A stretch of 61,761 bases of DNA, the filler included. It is 6 parts of 6 records of this genome, joined end to end, with 100 filler letters (N's around TTAATTAATTAA, not from the genome) between each part and the next. Parts side by side here need not be neighbours in the genome. Positions count along the whole stretch, not along the records: positions 1 to 21,812 come from SRR20825010_200; 5 more parts are not named here. One strand, written 5' to 3'. Position 1 is the first letter of the stretch. The number at the start of each line of letters is the position of its first letter. Shown here piece after piece: positions 1 to 8,124 of this stretch. The notes below the pieces were generated by a model. The model searched no databases and had not been told where the DNA came from. It worked only from the letters and a program-made list of their open reading frames with translations. A program made the translations under genes and the position numbers.

Positions 1-28
1 TTCAACTTTGAACTTTACACTTTCAACT
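1..28. repeat. Degenerate 7-bp tandem repeat (TTCAACT TTGAACT TTACACT TTCAACT), possibly truncated by the window start
   Basis: Four consecutive heptamers with consensus TTnnACT read directly from the sequence. Confidence 0.7.
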
Positions 29-101
29 CACCTCCTCATCGCCACCAAGCTCCTGCCATGGTATTCATGTGTTCCTTGTTCGCAGGCATTCAGGAGGCGC
101 C

Positions 102-692
102 ATGTCCACAGTGGAAATTCGTCCGGTTACCGGGATTGCCGTCGAACCCTGGCTGGATGCGTTGGCGGAATTACGCATTGCGGTGTTTCGGGACTTTCCC
201 TATCTCTATGACGGGAATCTGGACTACGAACGGCGTTATCTGGACCGCTATGCCCAGTCGGATCGCAGCGTGTTTGTGTTGGCGCTGGAGTACAACCGGC
301 TGGTGGGGGCGGCAACAGCCCTGCCATTACGTGAAGCGGACGAGGAGTTTCAGGCGCCTTTCCGGCAGCTGGGCGCGGAGCTGGATTCGGTGTTCTATTT
401 TGGTGAGTCGGTGCTGCTAAAGCCCTACCGGGGCGAGGGCGTCGGCCACCGGTTTTTTGATCTGCGCGAGCAATACGCGGCGGATTTCGGATTTCGGCAT
501 ACCGCCTTTTGTGCGGTAGCGCGGGAGCCTGGTCATCCTGCGTGCCCGGCGGATTACCAGCCGCTGGATGGCTTCTGGCGCGGTCGGGATTATTTTCCGC
601 AGAATCAGCTCGTGGCTCATTTTGACTGGACCGATGTGGGTGACAGTGCCCCCAGCCGCAAAGCAATGCAGTTCTGGCTGCACTCGTTGTAG
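102..692 (+). CDS. GNAT family N-acetyltransferase
   Basis: AGGAGG RBS before ATG102; LRIAVFRDFPYLYDG N-terminus and acetyl-CoA motif A (YFGESVLLKPYRGEGVG). Confidence 0.9.
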   Translation: MSTVEIRPVTGIAVEPWLDALAELRIAVFRDFPYLYDGNLDYERRYLDRYAQSDRSVFVLALEYNRLVGAATALPLREADEEFQAPFRQLGAELDSVFYFGESVLLKPYRGEGVGHRFFDLREQYAADFGFRHTAFCAVAREPGHPACPADYQPLDGFWRGRDYFPQNQLVAHFDWTDVGDSAPSRKAMQFWLHSL

Positions 693-791
693 GCAGAGGC
701 GACGCGTTGTTGCATATACCCCATTTGGGCGATTTGATATTGTTTTGATATCCCTATACTCCCTGTTTATTTGGGGAATTGGGGAACTCAT

Positions 792-905
792 ATGCACCGT
801 TACTATCGTTGGGCGCTCTGGCGTGAACGCGCTATCCGCAATGGCATCATCATCTTGCCGTTGGCGCTATTTGCATTGGGTGTCGCCGTGCTGGTCGCTG
901 GCTGA
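792..905 (+). CDS. Putative 37-aa single-pass membrane microprotein MHRYYRWALWRERAIRNGIIILPLALFALGVAVLVAG
   Basis: Hand-translated (below ORF-track cutoff). GGGGA RBS-like element just upstream, TATACT -10-like hexamer at 755-760, basic N-terminus and ~20-residue hydrophobic C-terminus; fills an otherwise empty intergenic gap. Confidence 0.6.
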   Translation: MHRYYRWALWRERAIRNGIIILPLALFALGVAVLVAG

Positions 906-1003
906 GCTGACCGTCGTGGCTCGTTGAGGAAGGGGCGCGGCAGAAAAAGAGTGGCGCCGGCAAAAACTGAAACCGCCCACGCTGCTTTATTCGGCTCGCC
1001 CCT

Positions 1004-2155
1004 TCAGCCACTCAACTGAGTCGTTGATTGTTTTTTGATGGGCGTAGATTCATCCAACCAACGCTGTACCCGGGCGTAAGTGCGGGTTTCCTCGATCATG
1101 GTCATGTGGCCCATCTGGTAAAACAGTTCCCGGGTCAGGTGGTCCGCTTGCGGATAAAGCTGCTCCGCCAGAGCACTGTTCACCGTTACCAGCCAGTCGC
1201 CACGGGGCTGGGCATGGCCGGGTTCACTGACGCTGCCGGCGATGAATAGCTGCTGTACCTGTGGGTCCAGTGGCACCTTGCTGGTGGGGCGGGGGTCGTC
1301 CAGCGGGCGGTCCCGCCACTGGTCTTCCAGTACATAGCCAAAACGCAGGTCGCGAATGCCATCGGAACGCAGGTTGCCCAGCCGCATCAGCGGGCGTGAG
1401 TAGGGCGTGCGACCCAGTAATCGGTTGGCTTCGTTGCCGAATCGTTCCAGCAGAGCGCCCTGATGGGGGGAGCCCAGGCACACCAAGTGGTTGATTTTGT
1501 CCACCCAGCTGTCACCGCGCTGGCGTCCTTGATGCAAGGCGCTGCGCGCCACCAGCCCGCCCATGGAATGACCAACCAGAATGACGCGTTCCGGCAAGGC
1601 GGTATGGGCCAGCAACCCGGCGAGCTTGCGGCCATTGTCGGAAATGTGCAGGCCGGTGTTGTAGCGCAGATAGCGGATGTCTGCGCTGTGATGCTGGCGG
1701 ACCCACTGGCTGAAGCCGTCGGCAGCGGGGTTGTTCCAGCAGGCGTCGTTCATGCACAGCCCGTGCAGGAAAATCACCAGGGTGTCAGCACCCGCCGACG
1801 GTGGCGCTTTTGGCAGTAGCGTCATGGGCAAGGCATAACGATTGTTCTGCTCGACCAACAGCTGGCCGAAAATACCGTTGATGATGCTTTGCAGGTCCAG
1901 GCTATCGCGCAACTCCTGGTGCGGGTCGGCGAGCAAGTCAGCCATGCCGGCCAGATTGCCCGCCTGGCGAAAGCCGTAGCGGATCAGGTTGTAGACCATG
2001 GGGGCAGGAGTGTAATCGTGTCCGCGCAGGCTAAACGGGTTGGCGATGGTGCCGTGAATATCCTGAACCACCTGCGTAATTTCATTGCCGAAACGGGTGA
2101 CCAGTTGCGCCAGTCCCCCGACATTCCTTCCCGCATTGCGGCCGAGTTGTTTCAT
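1004..2155 (-). CDS. Alpha/beta hydrolase (lipase/PGAP1-like)
   Basis: FLHGL oxyanion motif, GHSMGG nucleophile elbow, LGSPHQGA, GDxLV and C-terminal GH; AGGAG RBS. Confidence 0.85.
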   Translation of the reverse strand: MKQLGRNAGRNVGGLAQLVTRFGNEITQVVQDIHGTIANPFSLRGHDYTPAPMVYNLIRYGFRQAGNLAGMADLLADPHQELRDSLDLQSIINGIFGQLLVEQNNRYALPMTLLPKAPPSAGADTLVIFLHGLCMNDACWNNPAADGFSQWVRQHHSADIRYLRYNTGLHISDNGRKLAGLLAHTALPERVILVGHSMGGLVARSALHQGRQRGDSWVDKINHLVCLGSPHQGALLERFGNEANRLLGRTPYSRPLMRLGNLRSDGIRDLRFGYVLEDQWRDRPLDDPRPTSKVPLDPQVQQLFIAGSVSEPGHAQPRGDWLVTVNSALAEQLYPQADHLTRELFYQMGHMTMIEETRTYARVQRWLDESTPIKKQSTTQLSG

Positions 2156-2348
2156 GTTTTCTCCTTGTTATGGGGCATCTTACCCGGCTGAGGGCGCTGA
2201 GAAAGGAAAAAACGTTATGCCAATCGGCGCGTGCCCATCTGTAACTCTTCGTAAAATGGCCGCTAAATGTGCGAATCCGCTTGGCTAAGTGCCAGGAACA
2301 TGCTTAGAGTGCTCACTGTCCGAATCAGTTAATTCAAGGAGTGATTCT

Positions 2349-2585
2349 ATGCGTACTTTCGGTAAAGCGGCATTGGCCGCCATTTTCGCCTCTTCTGCCC
2401 TGCTGGCAGCCTGTGATGCCAACGACGGTCCGGTTGAGGACGCTGGCGAGAAGGTAGACAAGGCAGTAGAAAGCATCACCCCGGATAGCAAAGGGCCGAT
2501 GGAAGAAATGGGCGAAGATATGGATAACGCCTATGACAATGCCAAAGACTCTGCCGAAGACATGAAAGACGCTGCCGAGCAGTAA
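2349..2585 (+). CDS. Small acidic lipoprotein with GPxExxGExxD repeats
   Basis: AAGGAG RBS, signal peptide ending LLAAC (lipobox), two GP(V/M)E(D/E)xGExxD repeats. Confidence 0.85.
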   Translation: MRTFGKAALAAIFASSALLAACDANDGPVEDAGEKVDKAVESITPDSKGPMEEMGEDMDNAYDNAKDSAEDMKDAAEQ

Positions 2586-2634
2586 GCCTTTTATGCAGTG
2601 AGCTCACCGCCCCCAAGGCGGGTGATGCGATAAT

Positions 2635-2670
2635 CAAAACCCCGGCCCTGTGGCCGGGGTTTTGTCGTTT
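2635..2670 (+). terminator. Intrinsic terminator; copy 1 of a 36-bp direct repeat
   Basis: CAAAACCCCGGCCCTGTGGCCGGGGTTTTGTCGTTT: GC stem with A and T tracts; 35/36 identical to 7363-7398. Confidence 0.85.
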
Positions 2671-2708
2671 AAGAGGGGGCAGTCTTTTCGGGAGGCTGAG
2701 CGGCGGGC

Positions 2709-2729
2709 AAATACCTGCTTACAGGGATG
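2709..2729. promoter_or_regulatory. Candidate response-regulator operator, copy 1
   Basis: AAATACCTGCTTACAGGGATG; 14/21 identical to 5363-5383; imperfect dyad. Confidence 0.4.
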
Positions 2730-2787
2730 GGCGCGCTGAGGAATAGTCGCCATACTTCACGATGACTTAATTCCTCATGAGCCAAGC

Positions 2788-3465
2788 ATGGATACGTCCG
2801 CCCGCTTTTCGACTGAATCAACGCTGCCCGCGCCGGTGTTGATTGTGGAGGATGATCCTCTGATCCAGAACCGTCTGGAGCGCGTTCTTGTGCAACTGGG
2901 CTATCACAGCGAGATGCTGTGTTGTGCCGCCTCCCTGGCCCAGGCCCGGCAATGGCTGGAGGAGCAGCCGGTGGCGTTGGCTCTGGTGGACCTGGGGTTG
3001 CCTGACGGGAATGGGACGGCGTTGATTGCAGAGTTACGCGCTGCCGACCCGGCCATGGGTATCCTGGTGATTTCTGCCTGGAGCACCGAGGATGCCATCA
3101 TGGCGGCCCTGCGCGCCGGCGCTACGGGGTACGTGCTCAAGGAGCGCGATGATTTGGAAGTCTCGCTGTCCATACGCAGTGTGCTGCGCGGCGGGGCGCC
3201 TATTGATCCATTCATTGCCCGCCGGGTGATTGGCGAGTTGTACCAGGCGCCTTCGGCATCAGGTGAGCCGCCCTTGAGCGCCCGCGAAAGCGAAGTGCTG
3301 ACGCTGGTGGCCGAGGGGCTGTCCAATCGGGAAATTGCCGAACGGCTGTTCATTTCCCGGTATACAGTGGAATCCCACGTTAAACATATCTATCGCAAAC
3401 TGGCGGTGTCGTCGCGTATTCGTGCGATCAGCGAAGCCCGTTCCCGGGGGTTGCTCGACGGATGA
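2788..3465 (+). CDS. NarL/LuxR-family response regulator
   Basis: REC domain (VEDD, DLGLPDGNG, GATGYVLK) plus LuxR HTH (LSARESEVL...GLSNREIAERLFISRYTVESHVKHIYRKL). Confidence 0.95.
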   Translation: MDTSARFSTESTLPAPVLIVEDDPLIQNRLERVLVQLGYHSEMLCCAASLAQARQWLEEQPVALALVDLGLPDGNGTALIAELRAADPAMGILVISAWSTEDAIMAALRAGATGYVLKERDDLEVSLSIRSVLRGGAPIDPFIARRVIGELYQAPSASGEPPLSARESEVLTLVAEGLSNREIAERLFISRYTVESHVKHIYRKLAVSSRIRAISEARSRGLLDG

Positions 3466-5336
3466 AATCTTTCCTGCCGATATGGCTGATGCTCTGGCTG
3501 TGTGTGGCTTCGGCGGGAGGTCATGCGCAACTGCGGCATGATGTGTTGGATTGTGAGCCTCAAATTGTGTCGGTGATGGCGGCAAAAAGTGAGGACGCCA
3601 CGCGCCCGGTGGCGGGCTGGCAAGCGGTTACCCTGCCGGATAACTGGAGCCAGCGCTGGCCTGGTTACGATGGCACCGTCTGGTACCGGATTGATTGGCA
3701 GCCTGGCTGTGTTGATGCGGACAACGGGGATTCACCGGTGGGGCTGGTGATTGAATCGATCATTATGGCCGGTGCGGTCTATAGCGAGGGCTCCCTGCTC
3801 TGGCGTGATCGTCATCTGCAGGAGCCGTTATCGCGCTCCTGGAATTCGCCTCGCTATTGGTTGTTGCCGGCATCGCATTTGCGCGAAGGGCGCGTGCTAT
3901 GGGTGCGTGTGGCTGGCGTTGCTGCACAAACGCCGGGGTTGGGGCGGGTCAGGCTGGGTTCGCCAGAGGCGATGTTGGCGGTGATGGAGCAGACACACTG
4001 GCGCACACGGACTCTGCCCTTTATCAATCTGGTTGTGTCTGCGGTTTTGGGGTTCCTGGCGCTGTTTATCTGGTTGGCGTTTCGCTCACAGCAGGTGTTT
4101 GGCTGGTATGCGGTGACGGCGTTTTGCTGGGTGTTGTTTGGTGTGAATACCCTGGCCACACAAGCCTGGCCTTTTTCGGATACCCGGATGGTGGCGCAGG
4201 CCAACACCCTGGCGTACATCTTTTTTATTGCCAGTTTCTGTGTGTTCAGTTGGCGGTTGCTTGAGCTTCGTTGCGCAGTATGGCGAGAGCTCCCTTTATT
4301 GGCGCTGGTCACGGGCCTTGCTGGCGTAATCGTGTTGTTGCCGGGTTGGGAGGGGCTGCAATGGGCGGGGCATCTGAGTTCACTGGTCTTCTTGCTGAAT
4401 GGGTTCTGCATCACTGGCTGGGCGTTACGCCGACGGGAAGCTGGACCGTTAGTGGTGGCCGGTTTCTATCTGTTGTTGATTGCTATCGGGGTGCGCGATG
4501 TCCTGATACTGACCGGGTTGCTCTCAAGCGATTTTTATCTTTCCCAATACAGCTGCCTGTTGTTCATGGTAATGGCCGCTGTGTTTCTGGGGTTGCGTGT
4601 TGCGGGAGATGCTCGTCGTATTGAGCGTTTTAATCAGGAGCTCAGTGTGGCAATCGAGAAAGCCTGTGACGACCTTAGTGCCACAATGAGTAAAGAGCAC
4701 CGTTTGGCGCTGGATAACACCCGCCTGCAGGAACGTTTGCAGCTTGCCCATGACCTGCATGATGGCCTGGGCGGGCAGCTGGTGCGTTCTATCATGGTGG
4801 TTGAACAGAGTGACAATGACTTGGACAAGAGTCGTTACCTGTCCATGCTCAAACTGCTGCGCGATGATCTGCGTCAACTGGTCGATAGTGGCGCCAGTGC
4901 CAGTGCGGCGCCCCCGCAGACGCCGGTTGAATGGCTGGCGCCGTTACGTTACCGGTTTGCCAACCTGTTTGATGCGCTGGAGATGTCGCTGGTCTGGAAT
5001 GTGCCGGATGCCTGGCGCGCGCAACCGACAGCGGTTCAGTGCCTGCTGCTGGCCAGGCTGGTTGAAGAGGCGCTCACCAATATCGTCAAGCACAGCCAGG
5101 CACGGTGTGCCCGGGTGACGTTGCAATTGCCGGATGACGCTCTGCTTTTGTTGCGTGTGGAAGATGATGGCGTGGGCTTCGATGTGGCGGCCGTGCAAGG
5201 CGGCGGCCTGGGTATCGGGCTGGAAAGTATGCGTGCTCGCACAGAGCGACATGCCGGGACGTTGACGTTGTGTTCTTGCCCCGGTGCCACTGTTTTGGAA
5301 GCTCGGCTCCCTCTGACCGTCATAACGGGTCAATAG
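3462..5336 (+). CDS. Membrane sensor histidine kinase (7TM-DISM-like input, HisKA_3)
   Basis: Signal peptide, Trp-rich extracytoplasmic domain, about 7 TM helices, ERLQLAHDLHDGLG H-box, EALTNIVKHS N-box, EDDGVGF and GIGL G-boxes; ATGA overlap with the regulator. Confidence 0.93.
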   Translation: MKSFLPIWLMLWLCVASAGGHAQLRHDVLDCEPQIVSVMAAKSEDATRPVAGWQAVTLPDNWSQRWPGYDGTVWYRIDWQPGCVDADNGDSPVGLVIESIIMAGAVYSEGSLLWRDRHLQEPLSRSWNSPRYWLLPASHLREGRVLWVRVAGVAAQTPGLGRVRLGSPEAMLAVMEQTHWRTRTLPFINLVVSAVLGFLALFIWLAFRSQQVFGWYAVTAFCWVLFGVNTLATQAWPFSDTRMVAQANTLAYIFFIASFCVFSWRLLELRCAVWRELPLLALVTGLAGVIVLLPGWEGLQWAGHLSSLVFLLNGFCITGWALRRREAGPLVVAGFYLLLIAIGVRDVLILTGLLSSDFYLSQYSCLLFMVMAAVFLGLRVAGDARRIERFNQELSVAIEKACDDLSATMSKEHRLALDNTRLQERLQLAHDLHDGLGGQLVRSIMVVEQSDNDLDKSRYLSMLKLLRDDLRQLVDSGASASAAPPQTPVEWLAPLRYRFANLFDALEMSLVWNVPDAWRAQPTAVQCLLLARLVEEALTNIVKHSQARCARVTLQLPDDALLLLRVEDDGVGFDVAAVQGGGLGIGLESMRARTERHAGTLTLCSCPGATVLEARLPLTVITGQ

Positions 5337-5362
5337 GGCATTGTTTCTTCCTCTCTTGAGAA

Positions 5363-5383
5363 AAATCCCCAAGTTCAGTGATG
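5363..5383. promoter_or_regulatory. Candidate response-regulator operator, copy 2
   Basis: AAATCCCCAAGTTCAGTGATG upstream of the ELWxxDGT gene; resembles 2709-2729. Confidence 0.4.
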
Positions 5384-5456
5384 TTCATCACATATAAGAC
5401 CTCGTTCAATGAGCGCCCTGTGGACTTCTTCTTTCAGGCTTTAACGGGGTACATCC

Positions 5457-7193
5457 ATGAGTGCAGATAATCGAACGGGCCTTTTTCGGCGACAGGCAGG
5501 GCTGGCGGCCGCAGCGGTGACGTTGTTGCTGACCGGCTGTGGTGGTGGTGGTGGCGGTGGATCGGAGGCTGTTGTGGAGGCGCCCCCTTCCAGTTATACC
5601 GTGGCCGGTACGCTGACTGGTCTGATGCCGGGTACGGAACTGGTTGCCAGAGATGTCACGCCGGGCAGCAGCCTGCCATCACTCACGCTGACCGAAAATG
5701 GCCGTTTCCAGTTTGATGGTTTGCTTTACCCCAATGAGTCTTACGACATTGAGTTGCTGGCCAGCAACCCTGCTGTAAGCGATGGCGAAAACCGGACTCA
5801 AAGTCCGGTTATGCAGCGCTGCGTGCTGCAAGGTATGAGTGCGGAAGGCGTTGCCGAGGGAGACGCTGACGCCCTCGGGGATTTGCAGATTCACTGCTCC
5901 GGCCTGTTCTTTTTGCCGGATGAAAAGTGGTTCCCAGTTGTGAGTGACGGTACCCCGGAGGGAACGCGTTCGTTAAATGTGAATGAGGAAATTAATTCCG
6001 ATTTTTTTCTGCGTGAGGGCGGCGTAGCGTTCGTGACGAGGGGGGGCTCAGAAGAGGGGGGTAGTGCGAGGCATCTCTGGTTCAGCGATGGCTCCCCGTC
6101 TGGGACGCAGAGAGTGGTTGGTCAGAATGGGGAGGTTCTCGATCAGCTGGGATGGTCCTGGCAGACGGTAGGGAATCGCTTGTACTTTACCAATAACGGC
6201 CTGTTGTGGGTGGCGCAAGGTGGGAGTGCAATGAAAGTGGAAGGGCCAGAACCGGGAGGGGTTGTCACCTCGGGGTTTGATGGTATGGCCTCCGCGGGTG
6301 ATTGGTTGTATGTGGTCTCAGATAATCAGGTACTGGCTATTGATGAGAGCGGGCAGTATGACGTTCTGATGGGCTCTGATGAACAGCCGTTCAATGCTTC
6401 ATCTTGCGGCATGTCAAGCACGGGCGATCAACTTTATTTTACGTGCTATCAAGGCAGTAGTAAGGAAGGTAGCTGGCGGGTGGATGCGGGGGAATCGACA
6501 GCTCGGAAGATCTCCTCGAACTACTCATTTAATAACTTCCACGCTGTGGGAGCGCTGACGTTTTTTAGTGGCTATTTGCCTGCCTATGGGAGGAATCTTT
6601 GGGTAACTGATGGCACTGAATCCGGGACGTTTTTATTTTTTACCCCGAATCCGGACTCTGCGGGCAGTAACCCAACTGACTTCCGGGTAAAGGGCAATGC
6701 GCTCTTCTTTCTGGCAACGGATGGTGTTGCGAATAAAATCTGGAAATTCTCAGTGGTGGGGAAGACGGTTTCTTTATCCGGTCCCGTTGGCAGTGGGGTG
6801 GAATCGCTGGCTCTTCATGGTGACAGCGTGTTTTTTACCGCACCGGAGAGCCCGGGCAAACCACAGGTGTGGGTCAGTGATGGTACGTCCGGTGGCACCT
6901 ACGTAGTGAAGACGATTAATCCGAATGGAGCCGCCCGGCCGTATGCGTTGGAGTCTGTGGGGGATTGGCTCTTTTTCTCGGCAGAACAGGATGACAATGG
7001 CTATGCAGCCTGGCGTACCGATGGCACCGAGGTGGGCACTGTAATGCTGTCTCCCGAGCAGTGTGAATATGGGGCTGAGGTGTGGGCCAAAGTCGGCGAC
7101 GCTGTGTATTACGTCATGTTTAATGATGACGGCCACAGCCTCTGGAAAACCGATGGTACTGCGCAGAACACCACCAAGATCGCTGAGTGGTGA
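5457..7193 (+). CDS. ELWxxDGT-repeat surface lipoprotein (probable beta-propeller)
   Basis: Lipobox LLLTGC, poly-Gly linker, YTVAGTLTGL...C...C spacer domain, six repeats (VVSDGTPEGT, LWFSDGSPSGT, LWVTDGTESGT, VWVSDGTSGGT, AWRTDGTEVGT, LWKTDGTAQNT). Confidence 0.85.
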   Translation: MSADNRTGLFRRQAGLAAAAVTLLLTGCGGGGGGGSEAVVEAPPSSYTVAGTLTGLMPGTELVARDVTPGSSLPSLTLTENGRFQFDGLLYPNESYDIELLASNPAVSDGENRTQSPVMQRCVLQGMSAEGVAEGDADALGDLQIHCSGLFFLPDEKWFPVVSDGTPEGTRSLNVNEEINSDFFLREGGVAFVTRGGSEEGGSARHLWFSDGSPSGTQRVVGQNGEVLDQLGWSWQTVGNRLYFTNNGLLWVAQGGSAMKVEGPEPGGVVTSGFDGMASAGDWLYVVSDNQVLAIDESGQYDVLMGSDEQPFNASSCGMSSTGDQLYFTCYQGSSKEGSWRVDAGESTARKISSNYSFNNFHAVGALTFFSGYLPAYGRNLWVTDGTESGTFLFFTPNPDSAGSNPTDFRVKGNALFFLATDGVANKIWKFSVVGKTVSLSGPVGSGVESLALHGDSVFFTAPESPGKPQVWVSDGTSGGTYVVKTINPNGAARPYALESVGDWLFFSAEQDDNGYAAWRTDGTEVGTVMLSPEQCEYGAEVWAKVGDAVYYVMFNDDGHSLWKTDGTAQNTTKIAEW

Positions 7194-7203
7194 GGGGCTG
7201 CTC

Positions 7204-7329
7204 ATGAAGGTGCTCAAGGAGAGATACAGTGTTGGTTATATCGACTGGCCGATGGTAGGCCGACGGATGTTGCTGGTAACGATGTTGAGTGGCATGGCGT
7301 GCTTGCTGGCGGTATTGGTTGCCGGCTAG
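7204..7329 (+). CDS. Putative 41-aa single-pass membrane microprotein MKVLKERYSVGYIDWPMVGRRMLLVTMLSGMACLLAVLVAG
   Basis: GAGGGG RBS-like element overlapping the upstream stop; hydrophobic C-terminal ~20 aa; followed by a terminator. Confidence 0.55.
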   Translation: MKVLKERYSVGYIDWPMVGRRMLLVTMLSGMACLLAVLVAG

Positions 7330-7362
7330 CGCAGCAAGTAACGGCTTTTGGTAAGTGACAAG

Positions 7363-7398
7363 CAAAACCCCGGCCCTGTGGTCGGGGTTTTGTCGTTT
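7363..7398. terminator. Bidirectional intrinsic terminator; copy 2 of the 36-bp direct repeat
   Basis: CAAAACCCCGGCCCTGTGGTCGGGGTTTTGTCGTTT between convergent genes. Confidence 0.85.
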
Positions 7399-7416
7399 TG
7401 GGTTTGCAAAAGCTTG

Positions 7417-8124
7417 TCAGGGGTGTGCCGCCAACGGGCAATGGCCTAACAGTTGTTTCAGGGCGTCGGCCTCCTGGAGCGTGACCATCAATTGGTAGCG
7501 TTGCTTGATCCGTTCCCACTGTTGCCCGTATTCGCACCAGTAGCGACGGTTGTCGGGGAGCCATTGGTCCGGGCTGCGGGCGCCTTTGCTGCGGTTGGCG
7601 CTGGCGGATACCGGGATCAGGTTGTCCGGGTCGTTGGCAAATTGCCGGCGTAGCGGTTCATCCCACTGGTCGCCGCCGTGGCCGTGGGCATGGCCCAGGG
7701 GGACAAAATGATCCATATCCAGATCGCCGGCCCGGGTGAAGGTCTGGTTGGTGTACGGATCGTACCAGCGGCCGCTGGCCACGGTGCAGTGGTCCGGGTC
7801 GGTGAAGGTCACGGCTATCTGGCTGGTGGCAATCAAGACTTCAGCCCGGGTGTCCTGGCAATCCTGGTCTTCATCAATCCAGTGGGGCCAGCGGTCCCGG
7901 TCATAGAGCCCGCTGAAGGCGCGCTGGGTGTCAGCGGCGTCCTGTTCGGCCTGTTGCTGTTGGCGATGCAGGGTGAGGCAGGGCTCCCGGTGGCAATGAT
8001 AGTCACCGGTGCGCCGGTCGGTGTGCCCGCCCTGTTGATCGAGCCCGCCGGGGTGAGCCTGAACGGGGGTAGTGGCGGCAAGCAGGGCGACGCAAAGCCA
8101 GAGGGACAAGGGGCGTAGGTGCAA
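7417..8124 (-). CDS. Secreted HNH-type nuclease (DUF1524-like) with N-terminal YHYH-type His motif
   Basis: Signal peptide ending VQA-H, HPGGLDQQGGH...YHCH motif, CQDTRAEVL, GRWYDPYT, DMDHFVPL, FANDPDNLIPVSASANRSKG. Confidence 0.85.
   Translation of the reverse strand: MHLRPLSLWLCVALLAATTPVQAHPGGLDQQGGHTDRRTGDYHCHREPCLTLHRQQQQAEQDAADTQRAFSGLYDRDRWPHWIDEDQDCQDTRAEVLIATSQIAVTFTDPDHCTVASGRWYDPYTNQTFTRAGDLDMDHFVPLGHAHGHGGDQWDEPLRRQFANDPDNLIPVSASANRSKGARSPDQWLPDNRRYWCEYGQQWERIKQRYQLMVTLQEADALKQLLGHCPLAAHP

Noticed and set aside
5541-5561. (GGT)n microsatellite
   Set aside because: Encodes the common poly-Gly linker after a lipobox; in frame.
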